A stretch of DNA of 64,000 nucleotides from Podarcis liolepis (Eukaryota): the NCBI GenBank assembly GCA_965112155.1, contig OZ218100.1. One strand, given 5' to 3'. The number at the start of each line of letters is the position of its first letter. The first letter of the stretch is position 1. The translations under genes and the position numbers were made by a program. The notes below the pieces were generated by a model. The model was not told the origin of the DNA. It searched no databases and saw only the letters and a program-made list of their open reading frames with translations. Shown in pieces: positions 47,101-59,900 of the stretch.

Positions 47101-50100
47101 GTGTTCAGCTCAGGGTGCCACAATTTACAAAGGATATTGACAAGCTGGAATATGTGCAAAGGAGGGTGACCAAGATGCTAAAGGGTCTGGAAACCAAGCC
47201 TTATGAAGAACAGTTGATAGAATTGGGTTTGTTTACCCTGGAAAAGAGGGGACTGAGATACAATGCACATCTTCAAATATGTAAAGGGCTGTCACGTGGA
47301 GGATGGAGCAAGCTTCTTCTCTCCTGCTCCATAGGGCAGTACCTGAACCAGTGGCTTCACGTTACAAGAAAGGAGAGTCAGTCTAAACACCGGGAAGAAC
47401 AGTATTCTGGAACAAACTCGTACAAGAGGTGGTGGACTCTACTTCGTTGAAGATTTTTAAGGAGAGGTTGGATGGCCATCTGTCATGTATAATCTAGTTG
47501 AGATTCCTGCATTGCAGGAGGTTGGACTAGATGACCCTTACGAGTCCCTTCCAACTCTGTACTTCTATGATTCTATAACTTCTGCTATTGCATTTAAAGT
47601 GGACTTTTATCAGTGATGAGATCCAGGAGTTTAAAAAGTAGCTGAGACCCTCTAGATCTTCCTGTAGATGAAAGCTTCCCTCAAGCTCCAATTCACACAT
47701 GTTAAAGAGAAGTGCTGTTCTTTTGCACTCCTTGTTTCTTTAAATGTATGAACTGTCTATGAGATAGTTTGAAACTAGCTCTTAGTAGGACTGCTGTGGT
47801 ATTTACAATGTTTGCAAATGTCTTAGGAAAGATCTGTTTAAGAAGCCGAGTTCAGGGTGCTTCTGATTCTTGTTTCTCCTCATACTTCATACAAGTTTAA
47901 TAAATTTAATAAATAATACCTATGTTCTGCTTGTGACCTTTAGAGAGAACGGAATGATTTCTCTGCCTAATTATCAGAAACAACTTTATAAAATGTGTGG
48001 ACAAAAGTTCACAAAACTGGTTTTGGCTCTAAAGTTCTTAAAACAAACACACACAAGCTATGATTCAAGGCCACTAGATCATTTCCTTGCTCTCCTTTCA
48101 AGGAAACTGACTCTCTTTTTTGTGTTTCCTGCTGAGGACCTGAAGGCTGATTCCTCTGTAGAAAAGTCAACTTAAATGTTGAATTGCTTCTCTGTTGCAT
48201 ACTGAATCTCTGCCATAGCAAGCAAGTTAACCAGTGTCTCAAAATGACCATGGCTGTAAGAGGTGGTATTACCTTCTGTCCCCAGCAGATTTTGACAATG
48301 GCTGCTTGAAAACCAGTGCCGTGAATAAAGTAGATAAGTTTTAGACAACATGCTGCACTGAAAACTCATGGTACCTGACATGTTCTTCAGGAACTGAGTA
48401 ATATTTTAGCATTTATATAGTGTTTTAACGTGTTCAAAGAGTTTATTAAAAATATTGCATAGTGGGTAAGAGAGCCTGAGCTACAAACCAGGAAATTCCA
48501 GGTTCATAGCTCACCTTGGTCGTAAGCCACTCTCTCTTAGCCTCTGGCCGCTACCTGCAATATGGGAGAAAATAATACTGAATTACCCTGCAGGGTTGTT
48601 GTAAGGATTTTAACTAGATAAAGCATGCGAAGTGCTTTGAACACTTGAAAGCACTATGCAAATTTCTTTAATTTTTGCTATTAATAGTAATAGTTCTTGT
48701 AGCAACCAGCGGTAGGATTAGAGCCACACTTTCTGGTACAGTGGTGCCTCGCAAGACGAAAAGAATTCGTTCCGCGAGTCTTTTCGTCTTGCTATGTTTT
48801 TCGTCTTGCGAAGCACGGCCCGCCGCAACTGCGCCTCTTCAAGCGGCTTTTTAAAAAAAGCGCAAGACGTTTTCGTCTTGTGAAGCAAGCCCATAGGGAA
48901 ATTCGTCTAGCGAAGCAACGCAAAAACGGAAAACCCTTTCGTCTAGCGAGTTTTTCGTCTTGCGAGGCATTCGTCTTGTGGGGCACCACTGTACACAGCT
49001 CAACCTCTTAGTCACTACGTTTCAGGATATATGCAGCTGATTTGCTTCACTTGCGATATGCTCATTTTAGTTACATCTCCACCTATGCACATCTTCAAAT
49101 ATGTGGAAGAAGATTCAGATATCCAATAATCAGCATGACCAACAGGAAAATCTCTCTGTGTTTCTTTGTTTTACTTTTGGAGAAAGCTTGGTGGTACTGC
49201 AGGAAATAAACACAGTAAAACAAATAATGTGAATTTCCTTGAGTCACAGTAAGATGTCATTCTGCACACTTTTCATGCAACGTACAGCCTGACCATAAGC
49301 ATGTGACTCAGAAGAAAACCTCATTGCACTTAATTAAGAATTAATTATGGGAGGTGTGGCAAAATGAGGGGGGTGGACTCTAACTGAATACTTGCTTGCC
49401 AGTGGGGAAACTGGCTGCTAGGTCCAGTGATGTCGGGCGGACTTTCTTTTTTAAGGGACACATTTTTCCAGTTCTTTGTTTTTCTATGAAAAAAGGTTCC
49501 ATTTGATAATTTCAGTAGTAGCAATGAATAGACGCCAACTGCAAATGCAATATTAAGCAACCTTGGTGTTTTCAAATGTTTAGCTTTGTTTGCTAAATAC
49601 GGGTAAAATAAGCATTCTGAATTGGATTACTCTCTAGGGCAGTGATGGCCAAACTCGGCCCTCTGGCTGTTTTGGGACTACAATTCCAATCATCCCTGAC
49701 CACTGTTAGCTAAGGATGATGGGAGTTGTAGTCCAAAAACAGTTGGAGGGCCAAGTTTGGCCATCACTGCTCTAGGGCATCAAAAGGTGTTCCGATGTAA
49801 ATTACCTTGATTTGAAATTAATCCCCCGCCCAGCCCCACATAACTGGCTAGGACATGGTATTAGAACTTCCAGCTACAGTTTTAAGTCACAAATATTCCT
49901 GCTTCTTTATTGTCCAAACTAAATTGATCCTGGGAGAGGTATGGGCGTACTATGCGACTCCTGGTTACATGTGCTCCAAGTGAATGCTAGATAGTTCTTT
50001 TCCCTTCTTTAAATCTTCTGTTTTCTCTCTCTCCTGCTTCTCTGATGCTGCTGAGTGATGGGGTTAAGACGCCTCTCTCTTTAGGACTGTTGCATCAGAG

Positions 50101-53100
50101 GTAAATCAAGGACGGTTAAACCTGTGGATATGTTGTGTTCAGTATAACATCCTTAGGAACAATTTTTTCCCCTTTTGGATCAGATTGGATTGTGGCCTTT
50201 TGAGGGTGTTGGTTTCCCCCTCTGTCTTTCACTTCAGCTTGGCTGGCCTGCATGGCTGATCTGGAGCAGCAGTTCTGTAAGCCCTTCTTGCAGTGTATCT
50301 CTGCTCCTCTGCTTTTGTACATTGCAGCCTGCATTGCATGGGAGGAAGCGCTTGTGGACTGAGGGACATTTTGCGCTCTCTAAACCCCGGCTTTGTCGTT
50401 ATAAACCATTTTGTGCCTGCAAGGTATGAAAAAGAGGCAAGCCGCACACTTTGCGTTCCCTTCCCTCGCTCTTGTCCTGCTGTCCTAAAGTGAAAAAAGG
50501 TACGGACGGCTAGTGCAAAATCAAGCTGGATCTTGTTTACGTTACTTATGAGGTGGAATAAAGTTAATCCGTCGTAAGCAGGGTGTATGGGGATAACTTG
50601 CAGGGGAAAGGGTGTGTATATACTTCACTTGCTGGTTTCTTTCTGTGATCACCCCAATCATTCCCCCCCCCCATTTCTAAGAACCCAACTGGAAGAAAAA
50701 CAGTTGGGTGGGTGTCTAAAGGAAAACAGCTTCTATGAGGGACAGTCACACTCTCATTACATGCTTTGCAGTTTGGTTCCTTTGCCTCATATTTGCTGCT
50801 GCTGAGTTTGAAGATAATTTCCTAGATGATGTTTCCCCCCCTCTTTTTGTGAATTGCTATTTATTACCAAAAAAATCTCCTAATTTCTTATCTATGTATT
50901 TTCACATGCTTTTCGATTTCCTTGAATACCTATAATGCAGAAGTGGGAGCATTCATTCAACAAGGAAAGCATAACTTCAGGAAAGTGTTTCAAAATAACA
51001 TGTTAGTCCTGTTTTGAGTTCACAACAGGCTGAATGCTAAAAGTGTCCAACCTGTTTTTCGCCTTGTTATAGATGGGTTAATTTATAGATGGCTAACTGT
51101 TTATAGTTTGAAAGTCTGCTCCATAATGTATCTTGGCGTTGCCTTCCTATTGATTCAAGCACAATCTTAATGTCAGTTCATGACTGTGCATGTGGAAAAT
51201 GTTGATTCATCCCTCTTGTTACCAAGTTGTATTAAGCAGCTGATATCGCAACTACTGCATATCTGTAGCATATAAGTTAGAAAAAAGGTTGCACATACAT
51301 TTCAGAATTTTGACAACTTTGAGAAGATATAACCAATATTCCACAGATACAAATGTGGCTGCTTGTACCACCTGCTTAGCTATATGTAAGGTTCTGTTAT
51401 GGGGCACACCAATGTGTGGGGTATGTGGTCAGAATGATAACATGCTGCCAATCTAAGCATCACTTTACAGCCGGTCCTGGTCCCTGTTGATTCAGCTTAA
51501 TGATACTTGCTCCCAGGTAATTGTGTATAGGGCTTTGAAAAAGCCTTCCACTTTCTGATGGCACATTTTATCAAACAAAACGTAGAGTGTTTTTACTGGA
51601 TACTTGGTGTGGGAAACTTGCTAACTTGTTCTTTCTCTCCTTGTTTGCAGGTTGGCCCCAATGCGATTATATACGCTGTCCAAACGCCACTTTGTCTTGG
51701 TCTTCGTTGTATTCTTCATTTGTTTTGGTTTAACCGTTTTAATAGGTATTGCAGGTAAGATTTTGTCTTTTCGGTTAAAGATTGTTTTCTCTATTTACTT
51801 GCCTCCTAGTCTTTCCCATTGTTTTGCTATCAAGGCATACAGCTTGAATTTGTGCCCCTTCCTTAGGCTGAGTAGCTTAAAAGAAGCTGGCACCACCCAA
51901 AACTGACAAGGAGCAGAGATCCTGTCCACTAGCCCCAGCCATGGAGTCATTTTTGCCTATTTTATGTTGTCCTATCCATGACCACTGCAAGGTTACAAAT
52001 TAGCCTGTGTCTCCATTCTCGCCATACATAGTCCTGAATCTGCTTCCTGAAATTATATTGGACTTAGATTTTAGTAAAACATAACTGCAGTTTTATCCAG
52101 CCATTGATAGTCCTTCTCAAATGTACTATGTACTGTGAGAAGTGGCTAGTGCATGCTTGAACATTCTTTCTTTTGGAGAGACATGCCTCTCAATTGTGAT
52201 GTCTCGATTTCTTATGGAGAGGTTGAGTAATCACTAGTAAAAGTGTAATCACTAGTAAAAGTGATTCTTTTGATGGATTTTTTTCTTAAGGTGATATTTT
52301 GGTATTTCATCCAATTTCTTGGTGATTTCAAATTGAGCTTTTGAACTGCTTAAAAACATTTGATGTGATAGACCCTTTTTATTTGGCTTGATACTTTTGC
52401 GGGAAGCAGCCAGGGTCAAACTACAGGTCTTGAGACATTTCAAAATGTAATGCTAAAACTTACACTGTCATCAGTTGCAGCTCCATATTGCTGTACAGTG
52501 GTACCTCAGGTTACATACACTTCAGGTTACATACGCATCAGGTTACAGACTCCGCTAACCCAGAAATGTTACTTTGGCTTAAGAACTTTGCTTCAGGATG
52601 AGAACAGAAATTGTGCAGTGGCAGCTCCATTAGCTAAAGTGGTGCTTCAGGTTAAGAACAGTTTCAGGTTAAGAACAGACCTCCAGAACGAATTAAGTTC
52701 TTAACCCGAGGTACCGCTGTACTTGTATCTTAGGGATGGCACTGAAATTGAAAGCAAAAGCCCATGTAGACCAAACACTTGGGGAAGCGAGGGACTACGT
52801 TTTACATATTATAAACAAATGTTAATGAGGAAATTGCATAGCAGATCGTACCCAAATGTGTGTGTTCTTGCTTAGATTTGGTAAAGCACATATGGCTGCT
52901 TAAAAAAAAAAGTAAAAGGTAAAGGACCCTTGGACAGTTAAGTCCATTCAAAGGTAACTATGGGGACACCAGACTAACACCCATAATAAAAAATGTGTGC
53001 ATGATGTATTATAAAAATCTTGTACATTTCAAAGAAATGCTTTTACACTCAAAACATGTATGTATATAGTTAGTCACATTGCCAAGCAGGATAATTCCTG

Positions 53101-56100
53101 CAAGCTTTCTCTCAACCTCCCTCCCTATTCATAAGAGGGTGGCTGTATTGATGCTAGTCACTGGCTGCATTTGAACATCACTGTAACCTATGGTTTATAT
53201 CAGGGGAGGGACAAACTGGCAGCTGTTCCTGTAAGCTTTTGTGCCCCCCCCAACCCAGGAAGACTCTCCAAAATGTGTCACCCAATTTTTCATTTTTAAA
53301 TACAAACTGTTTAAAACTTTTAATATTTATCCCCCCCAAAAACTCTTGTTTTTCTACTGCTCCCATAATGCAAAAGGCTTATTTGCCCCTTAGTCTTCCC
53401 CAACTTCATCCATTTTTAAAAGTTATTCCCCCCCCCCGACTGTTCACAGAGGACCCCTTTTATGATTCTGTGATATGAAAAGGTTTTTGTCACATCCACA
53501 CACCCAATTTCCCCAAAACGTGTCTTTAAAAAACCTATATTTTTAACTGAATTTAATAATGAATGATAAAAAATTGTCCAAAGGCAAGCTTGAGAATTGC
53601 AGTTCTCACCATAGCCACTTTTACACTTTGGCCATGAAACTTAGGCATGCACCCTTAGGCCATCAGAGTGCGGCCATCAGCCCGCTAAAGGTGAGCCACT
53701 CCTGGCATGTCATGATGCGACTGAGTCACAGCGAGCCTCAGGCTCATTTGCTCCCCTGTCTCCATTCAGCACAGACATAGAGGAAAGAAGTTCAGAACCT
53801 TTCACTTCCAGTTCTAATTTCTCATTATTATTGAATAGATATTATCCTGCCCTCCAAATAAGATTCACTAGGGAGTGCGATCCTGTCCACAATAGGTTTA
53901 CCACCGCTGATTATTCTCTATCGGCTGGGGTATTCAAATGTTATTTACATATTTAGTACAGAGACTAGTCTACACTGAAAACACTTGTTGAAAAGAATAC
54001 AAACTCTGAATTGAATACAGTTATTTGAAGACAGTAACCCGTAAGCTTCTTGCGTGCGATTCTAAACACGCATATCTAGAAGTGTCTTGTAATGGAATTT
54101 CCTTGGTACACTTGGGATTGGAGTGCCACTTTCAGTAAATTTTTATTCTCTGCTGAAACTGTGTAGTTAATAGTTTTGCTGCACTTTGTTGCAGTCTGAG
54201 CTACATTCCATCATGTAGAATTGCTCTCAAGCACCATATGGTACTTTGTACCATGCTGGAATGGTGGACCTGACCTTTGATATTGTGGTGAAACTTTGAT
54301 GCTGTAGCTTCTTTATCTATACTCTGTTACGTTGGCAGACTGGTTTATTTGAGCCCAATTTACTGATATACATAGTTTACTTTTAAAGAGTTCAGTAGCA
54401 ATAAAGGATGCTCCAGCTGTTTTTTTAAAAAAGAAAAATACTTTTTTGAGACTTCTGTTTCTTATAACAAGATGAGAATCCAGACTGTAGCAGAATGAGA
54501 GCTCAAAGGCATAGCTGTGGGTGCGGTATGGAAGAGCAGGATTTTCTGCAAGGCAAAGACGAGTCCGCATATTGTGGCTGACGCATCCCAGCCTGCCATT
54601 CAGACGTAGGGGGCAAGGTCTCATCTGAGATCACGCCATGTTCAAGATCTGGTTGCAAACCTTCTGTTGCAAGCAAAGCAAATCTCCTGTCTCTTGTGCC
54701 TGGCATCTGAAATTCTTCATGTAACCTGAATTCAGAGCAGGGCTGGGGAATCTGTGGCTGCCCAGATGTTGGACTAAAACTCCCATGAGCCCTGACCATT
54801 GTCTAGGCTGGTTGGGCTTGATGGGAGTTGGTGTCTAATAGCATATGGAGGAATGCATGTTCCCCAACCCTGATACCGAGATGCTCTTTAGCTATCATGG
54901 CTAATAGATATTGATAGACCTGTTCTTCTCCCACCAGAGGAAACAACCTACTTATAGAAAGCTGCTATACTGGGGGGAACTAGGCTGGTACCCTTTTCAT
55001 TGCACACTTCCTGTGTGCATAGAGTGTGTTTTAAAAGTGGGAGGACCATTCAACCCTCCACTAAAACGCCCTCTAAAGTAGAACTGTCTCTGGCTATGTA
55101 GTCTATAGTCCAGTTTTGTTCTGTGGTGAGCTATACGTCTAAAGATCCTTTGACATCTGTAGTGTATGGTAATGTAAATGTGGAACTTGACTCTGAGTCC
55201 AATTGAATTCTATCGGCAATGAGGGTAAGAAATCAACCCTTAATTTTGATTCATGTGGAAAACAGGAGCTTCTGTGTAATTTAACATTCTCTGCCTGTCT
55301 AACATTCCTGACATTTTCAGCTGATAATGGTCGTCATTAAAAATTTAGGCTATAACAGGTATTCGCATATTGAGCCCATGTCTCTGTCTATTGTATAGGT
55401 CCCAATGTCATTGAACCCTTTCAAGTGAAATCTCAGTTGAATAATGGCTCCAAGGTAAGTCTTCTTATACTGTTTATAGATTGTGCATGCTTGTTCTGAC
55501 ACACAAATATTTCAGGGTGGGATTCGCCTAACAAGCCCTGTCGGTGGGAGCCCTGCACAAGGAGTTATGCTTGTGCAATGGGGCTTTCCTCTCATACTCC
55601 CACCTGAGCCCCCTGAAATGGGCTCCAAGAGGGAGATTGGGAGAACCCCCAGAACTGTGTGCAGTTGGAGGAGAGGGAGAATTGTTTCACCTGGCAAGCT
55701 GGAACAATAGGAAGAGCACAACATTGAATTCCACACGTAGCCTCAAGTATTTGGTGTATTCAACATAATCCTTCCTAGGTCTGTGGGAGTTTGCCTTAGG
55801 ACTTATTCCATCATCTCTTGAGCTGGTCATGTTACGTGGGGCATATTCAGGACCCTGTGGAGCGAAGCAGAACTTAGACTGCAGACCTTCTGTAGGGTGT
55901 GGGGTTCAAAGGTCATCTGCAGGTAGCCATACTGAACAATCTAATCTCAGTGATATCAACAGAGGGTATGGATGCTCCTCCTAGCTCCTGCCACAGTCGT
56001 GATGTACAGAAAAGAGAGGCATGCATTTGCCTAAGAACTGATTGATAGCACTTTTTCATCGTGTCCTAGTTTTTTTTGCTGTGCCTTATAAGAATTCCTT

Positions 56101-56952
56101 CACTTTGCTATGCTATTCTAGAAAACACTAGGAACAAGAAGACAGTCTCTGAGGAAGGGCCATGACTCAGTGGCAGAACACATTCTATGCATGCAGAAGG
56201 TCCTAGATTCAATCCCAAAAATATTCGGTTAAATTTCTGGTGTAGCAGTGCTTGTAAGATTTCTGCCAGTCTTCTGGCAGAAGAACCCCTGGTAGAATAG
56301 ATTGGCCTGCATCCAGTCCTTTACTCTGCTCATGCGCTGATTTAGAACACCCACTGCCTCGTCTGGATTTGATGAAAAGGAGAGAGAAAGCTGGGTGTAA
56401 TCCCCATATTGATTGCACCACATCTCAGTCCACATCTCCCAATAACCCCTCTTGAAATAGCATGGATGGTAAAATGGAGCCCAGTGGAATCTCATAGTAT
56501 AACAACCTCACAGACAAAACTTCCTCACAAAACTTGGAGAAGCTAATATAGTAAAATGAATGACTGTGGTTTAACTCTTGCTTCCATTTTGTTTTAGATA
56601 AGGCCATTTAATTTAAGTTCACCGCCATTATCTACTTATAATCAGCAGTTATGGCTGACATGTGTAGTGGAGTTGGACCAACGTTTTGGTAAGTGTAACT
56701 TAGCTTATATGATTATATTAATTATGTATATATCAACCATATACGGAAATGTGTGTATATTGCCTGCCTGTACTATGTAAGGTCACCAGGACAGATAAAA
56801 GGAAGCAGTGCTTCACACAGTGCATAGTTAAACAACGCAATTTGTTACCACAATGTACTAGCTTCAGTGAGCAGTTGTTATTGAGGGTTGGAATGTACTC
56901 TTGATTCTGTTATATAATCCATTCATTTTTGGTTGTTACTGCATCTATTATC

Positions 56953-56984
<32 letters not shown>

Positions 56985-59900
56985 GTATACTCTAGCCCCT
57001 ATAGATTGTAGCATCTGAACGGACTTTTGTTTTTTCAGATAACAAATGGAATGGCTTGAAAAAAACCTTCAATATGCTGGTTACAATAAGTGGTGTAATA
57101 GAGAATGCAAGCGTCAGGTATTTTAACAAGGAACTTCACAACCGAACAAGGACACTGAACTGTGCACAGGTAATGGCAATGTACCATTTCTTACAGATGA
57201 GCTATTTCTGTGGTTTAGAAGCATGATAGAGAGGTGAGGCAAGGTGAGGAAGTATCTCTGTTGGTGAAATCCATAAACAAAATAGCAGCTAATGTATTTG
57301 ACCCCACATTCCAAATGCTGCATTTCGAGAAGCAGTCATGGGCAATAATTCTGTTGGAGGTCCTGGAAAACTGTTGCCAGACAGGATTGACTATACTGTA
57401 TTATATTAGGTGGGTGAATTTTTTTATTCTAGTTTCTTGTTAACAACGAAGTGAGGAATTGCAGAGAGCATGTTTTAGAAGTATGAACCTCCAGATCCTC
57501 TTTCTGGAATCCACAAATCAAATCAATGTTACAGCTGTTAACAATCTGCTAGTCAACAGTTTCTGTGTTTCCTCTGTTAGTTTTCCTTGAAATCCAGTGG
57601 TCACAAAGCAGCACTTCTATTGAATGCAACTAGAGGTCCCAGATGAGTCTTTATTCTTCCTTTGTCTTATGAGCTTAGGGCAACTGTGCTGTTACAAACA
57701 GCAGAGAAGTCTAAGGGAATGCCATGCAAGAAGGCAGGGATACCCTAACTGAATTTCACCATTAAATCAATTCTGATATGCTAACTCATTTATTGCAATT
57801 GTTGGCCCAATCCTAAATGTCTCAAAAGCCCAGAAAGAAAGAAAACATTATTTGGTGTTCTCACTGTTGAATTTCTTTCCCTTTCCCTCCCAATTTCCCC
57901 TCTTCCAATGTGTGCTCCTAGCAATGTGCTGAATTTATTGTGGTCCATCTTGGTTATCTGAACTACACTCGTTATGAGATCACTGTCGCCTTTGAAAACC
58001 TTCCTCCAATCAAGCATTACAATTTCACAGTAAGTGAAGTAAAGGCAAACATAGAATGAAAGTGTAGTTTTAACTGTAAATCTTTGCGTTGACTGTAATA
58101 TTAAAGGGCACATTATTTCCCCTTGAAGTTTCAGTGGCTAGACCCACAATAAATATCGGTACCAGTGCTAAATCCGGAAAATCACACTGATAAATAAATG
58201 AGTAATAAAATACTGAATATAAACTATTATGACTGATGCCATCCACATTCCTTTAGCTTTTTTGTTAATATTCTAATTCCTTTCTTTCAGTGGAAAACCT
58301 ATAACTCAGCCTTCTCTCAAGTGGAAATCTGGTTCCGATTTGTCTTTGTGGTCCTTACTTTCATTGTCACAGTGAGTGTCGATTGTTCAGTTTTATTTTT
58401 GTATGAGATACGAAAGTTGCTCTGGGAGGGAGCGTTCATTGCTAGTGGGTTGGAAGGATAATGGCCAGAGACATAGGTGGGATACAAAAGAGGGAGTGCT
58501 ACGGGATAAGAAAAGTGAAGTGAAAACAAGGAGAAATATAAGACACTGAGGTCTTCTGGTATGTGATGGTTTGAGGTGGTTCCTGTTCACTGGGTTTTTG
58601 GGGCACTGTTGTTCTCCTGGGGCTGTATCAGCCAACCTGTTCTCTGAAGTGCAAGAAATCCTTGCAAAATTTGCTGCCTAATGTAGCCCATGTGCCGCAG
58701 CATACATTCTGCCGCCGTTCTTCCTTTTTTATCTGAAGACAAACAGGTACTGCATAATCTTCACTGATTATTATTTTTTCTGTTCCTTTGCAGTGTCTCT
58801 TTGCACACTCCCTGCGCAAGTTCTCAATGCGAGATTGGGGAATAGAGCAAAAGTGGATGTCGATCCTCCTCCCCCTGCTGTTGCTTTATAATGGTATTTA
58901 TATGTATTACCTCATGCTGTGATCAGCTCCTGGGGCCATGCTTTATAAGATTCTCCACCACCCTCCTCACATAAGTAAGATTAGGGAGGAAAGGAAAAAT
59001 AAATAAATACAAGCCCTTTTCTTTTGAAATAGGTTTGGGGAAGAGCAGGGTCCATGTGATGCCCTTGTGCTCAAAGAAGCTCTGCAATTTTTGCCAATTC
59101 CCTCTGGTGGTCCCCCCCAAAAAACTTCCAGCAGTTGAATTTTGGGGGCACTGGACACTGCAGGGGGCTGGCAAAAATCACCCCCCTCTTCTGTTAGCAG
59201 AGGCATCTGCTGGTTAAAAAAGCCTTTTGTGTGAGTACAAGTGTACCAGTTGGATTGCACCCAGGGTCAGCATGGGAGAATTTCAGTTCTCACTGATTCT
59301 AGCTTTTAAAAATAACTATTTATCCTCCCTTTCCACAGTTAGGTGTCCAAGGAAGCCAGCAAAGGGGGGTTGGGGGTTGGGAAATCATTACAAAAATAAA
59401 ATAAAATAAAATAAAATGGTTTGTGTATAAAACAAGTGGCTGAACAACAGGAGCAGATAAAAAACAGCAGCTGGCTTTTGCCATCTACCATCATAGAGTT
59501 GCAGGAAAGCAATCAGTTTCCCAAGCTAAAGGCCTGTTTGAAAAAGCCAAAACTTTTTATGAGTCCATATGAGAGGGAGCTAGACAGGACTCCTTAGGAG
59601 AGGATTTGCATAGTCTGGGTGCAGCCACTGAGAAGGCTCTGTTGAATCGCAACTCTGACACACAATTAGGCTGCAAGAGAGTGCCCAAGTGCAGAGTGGA
59701 ACAACATTTTCCGTGGTTGTCTTGTGACGCTTTTTCTTTTGTTGCAGATCCATTTTTTCCCCTCTCGTTCCTAATCAACAGTTGGTTTCCTGGAATGCTA
59801 GATGACCTCTTCCAGTCGCTGTTCTTATGTGCATTGCTGCTGTTTTGGCTCTGTGTCTACCATGGGATCAGAGTGCAGGTCAGGAGGAGACACATATTTC

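Noticed and set aside
47091-47450. 119-aa ORF as an independent gene
   Set aside because: It is a frameshifted fragment of a CR1 ORF2 C-terminus.
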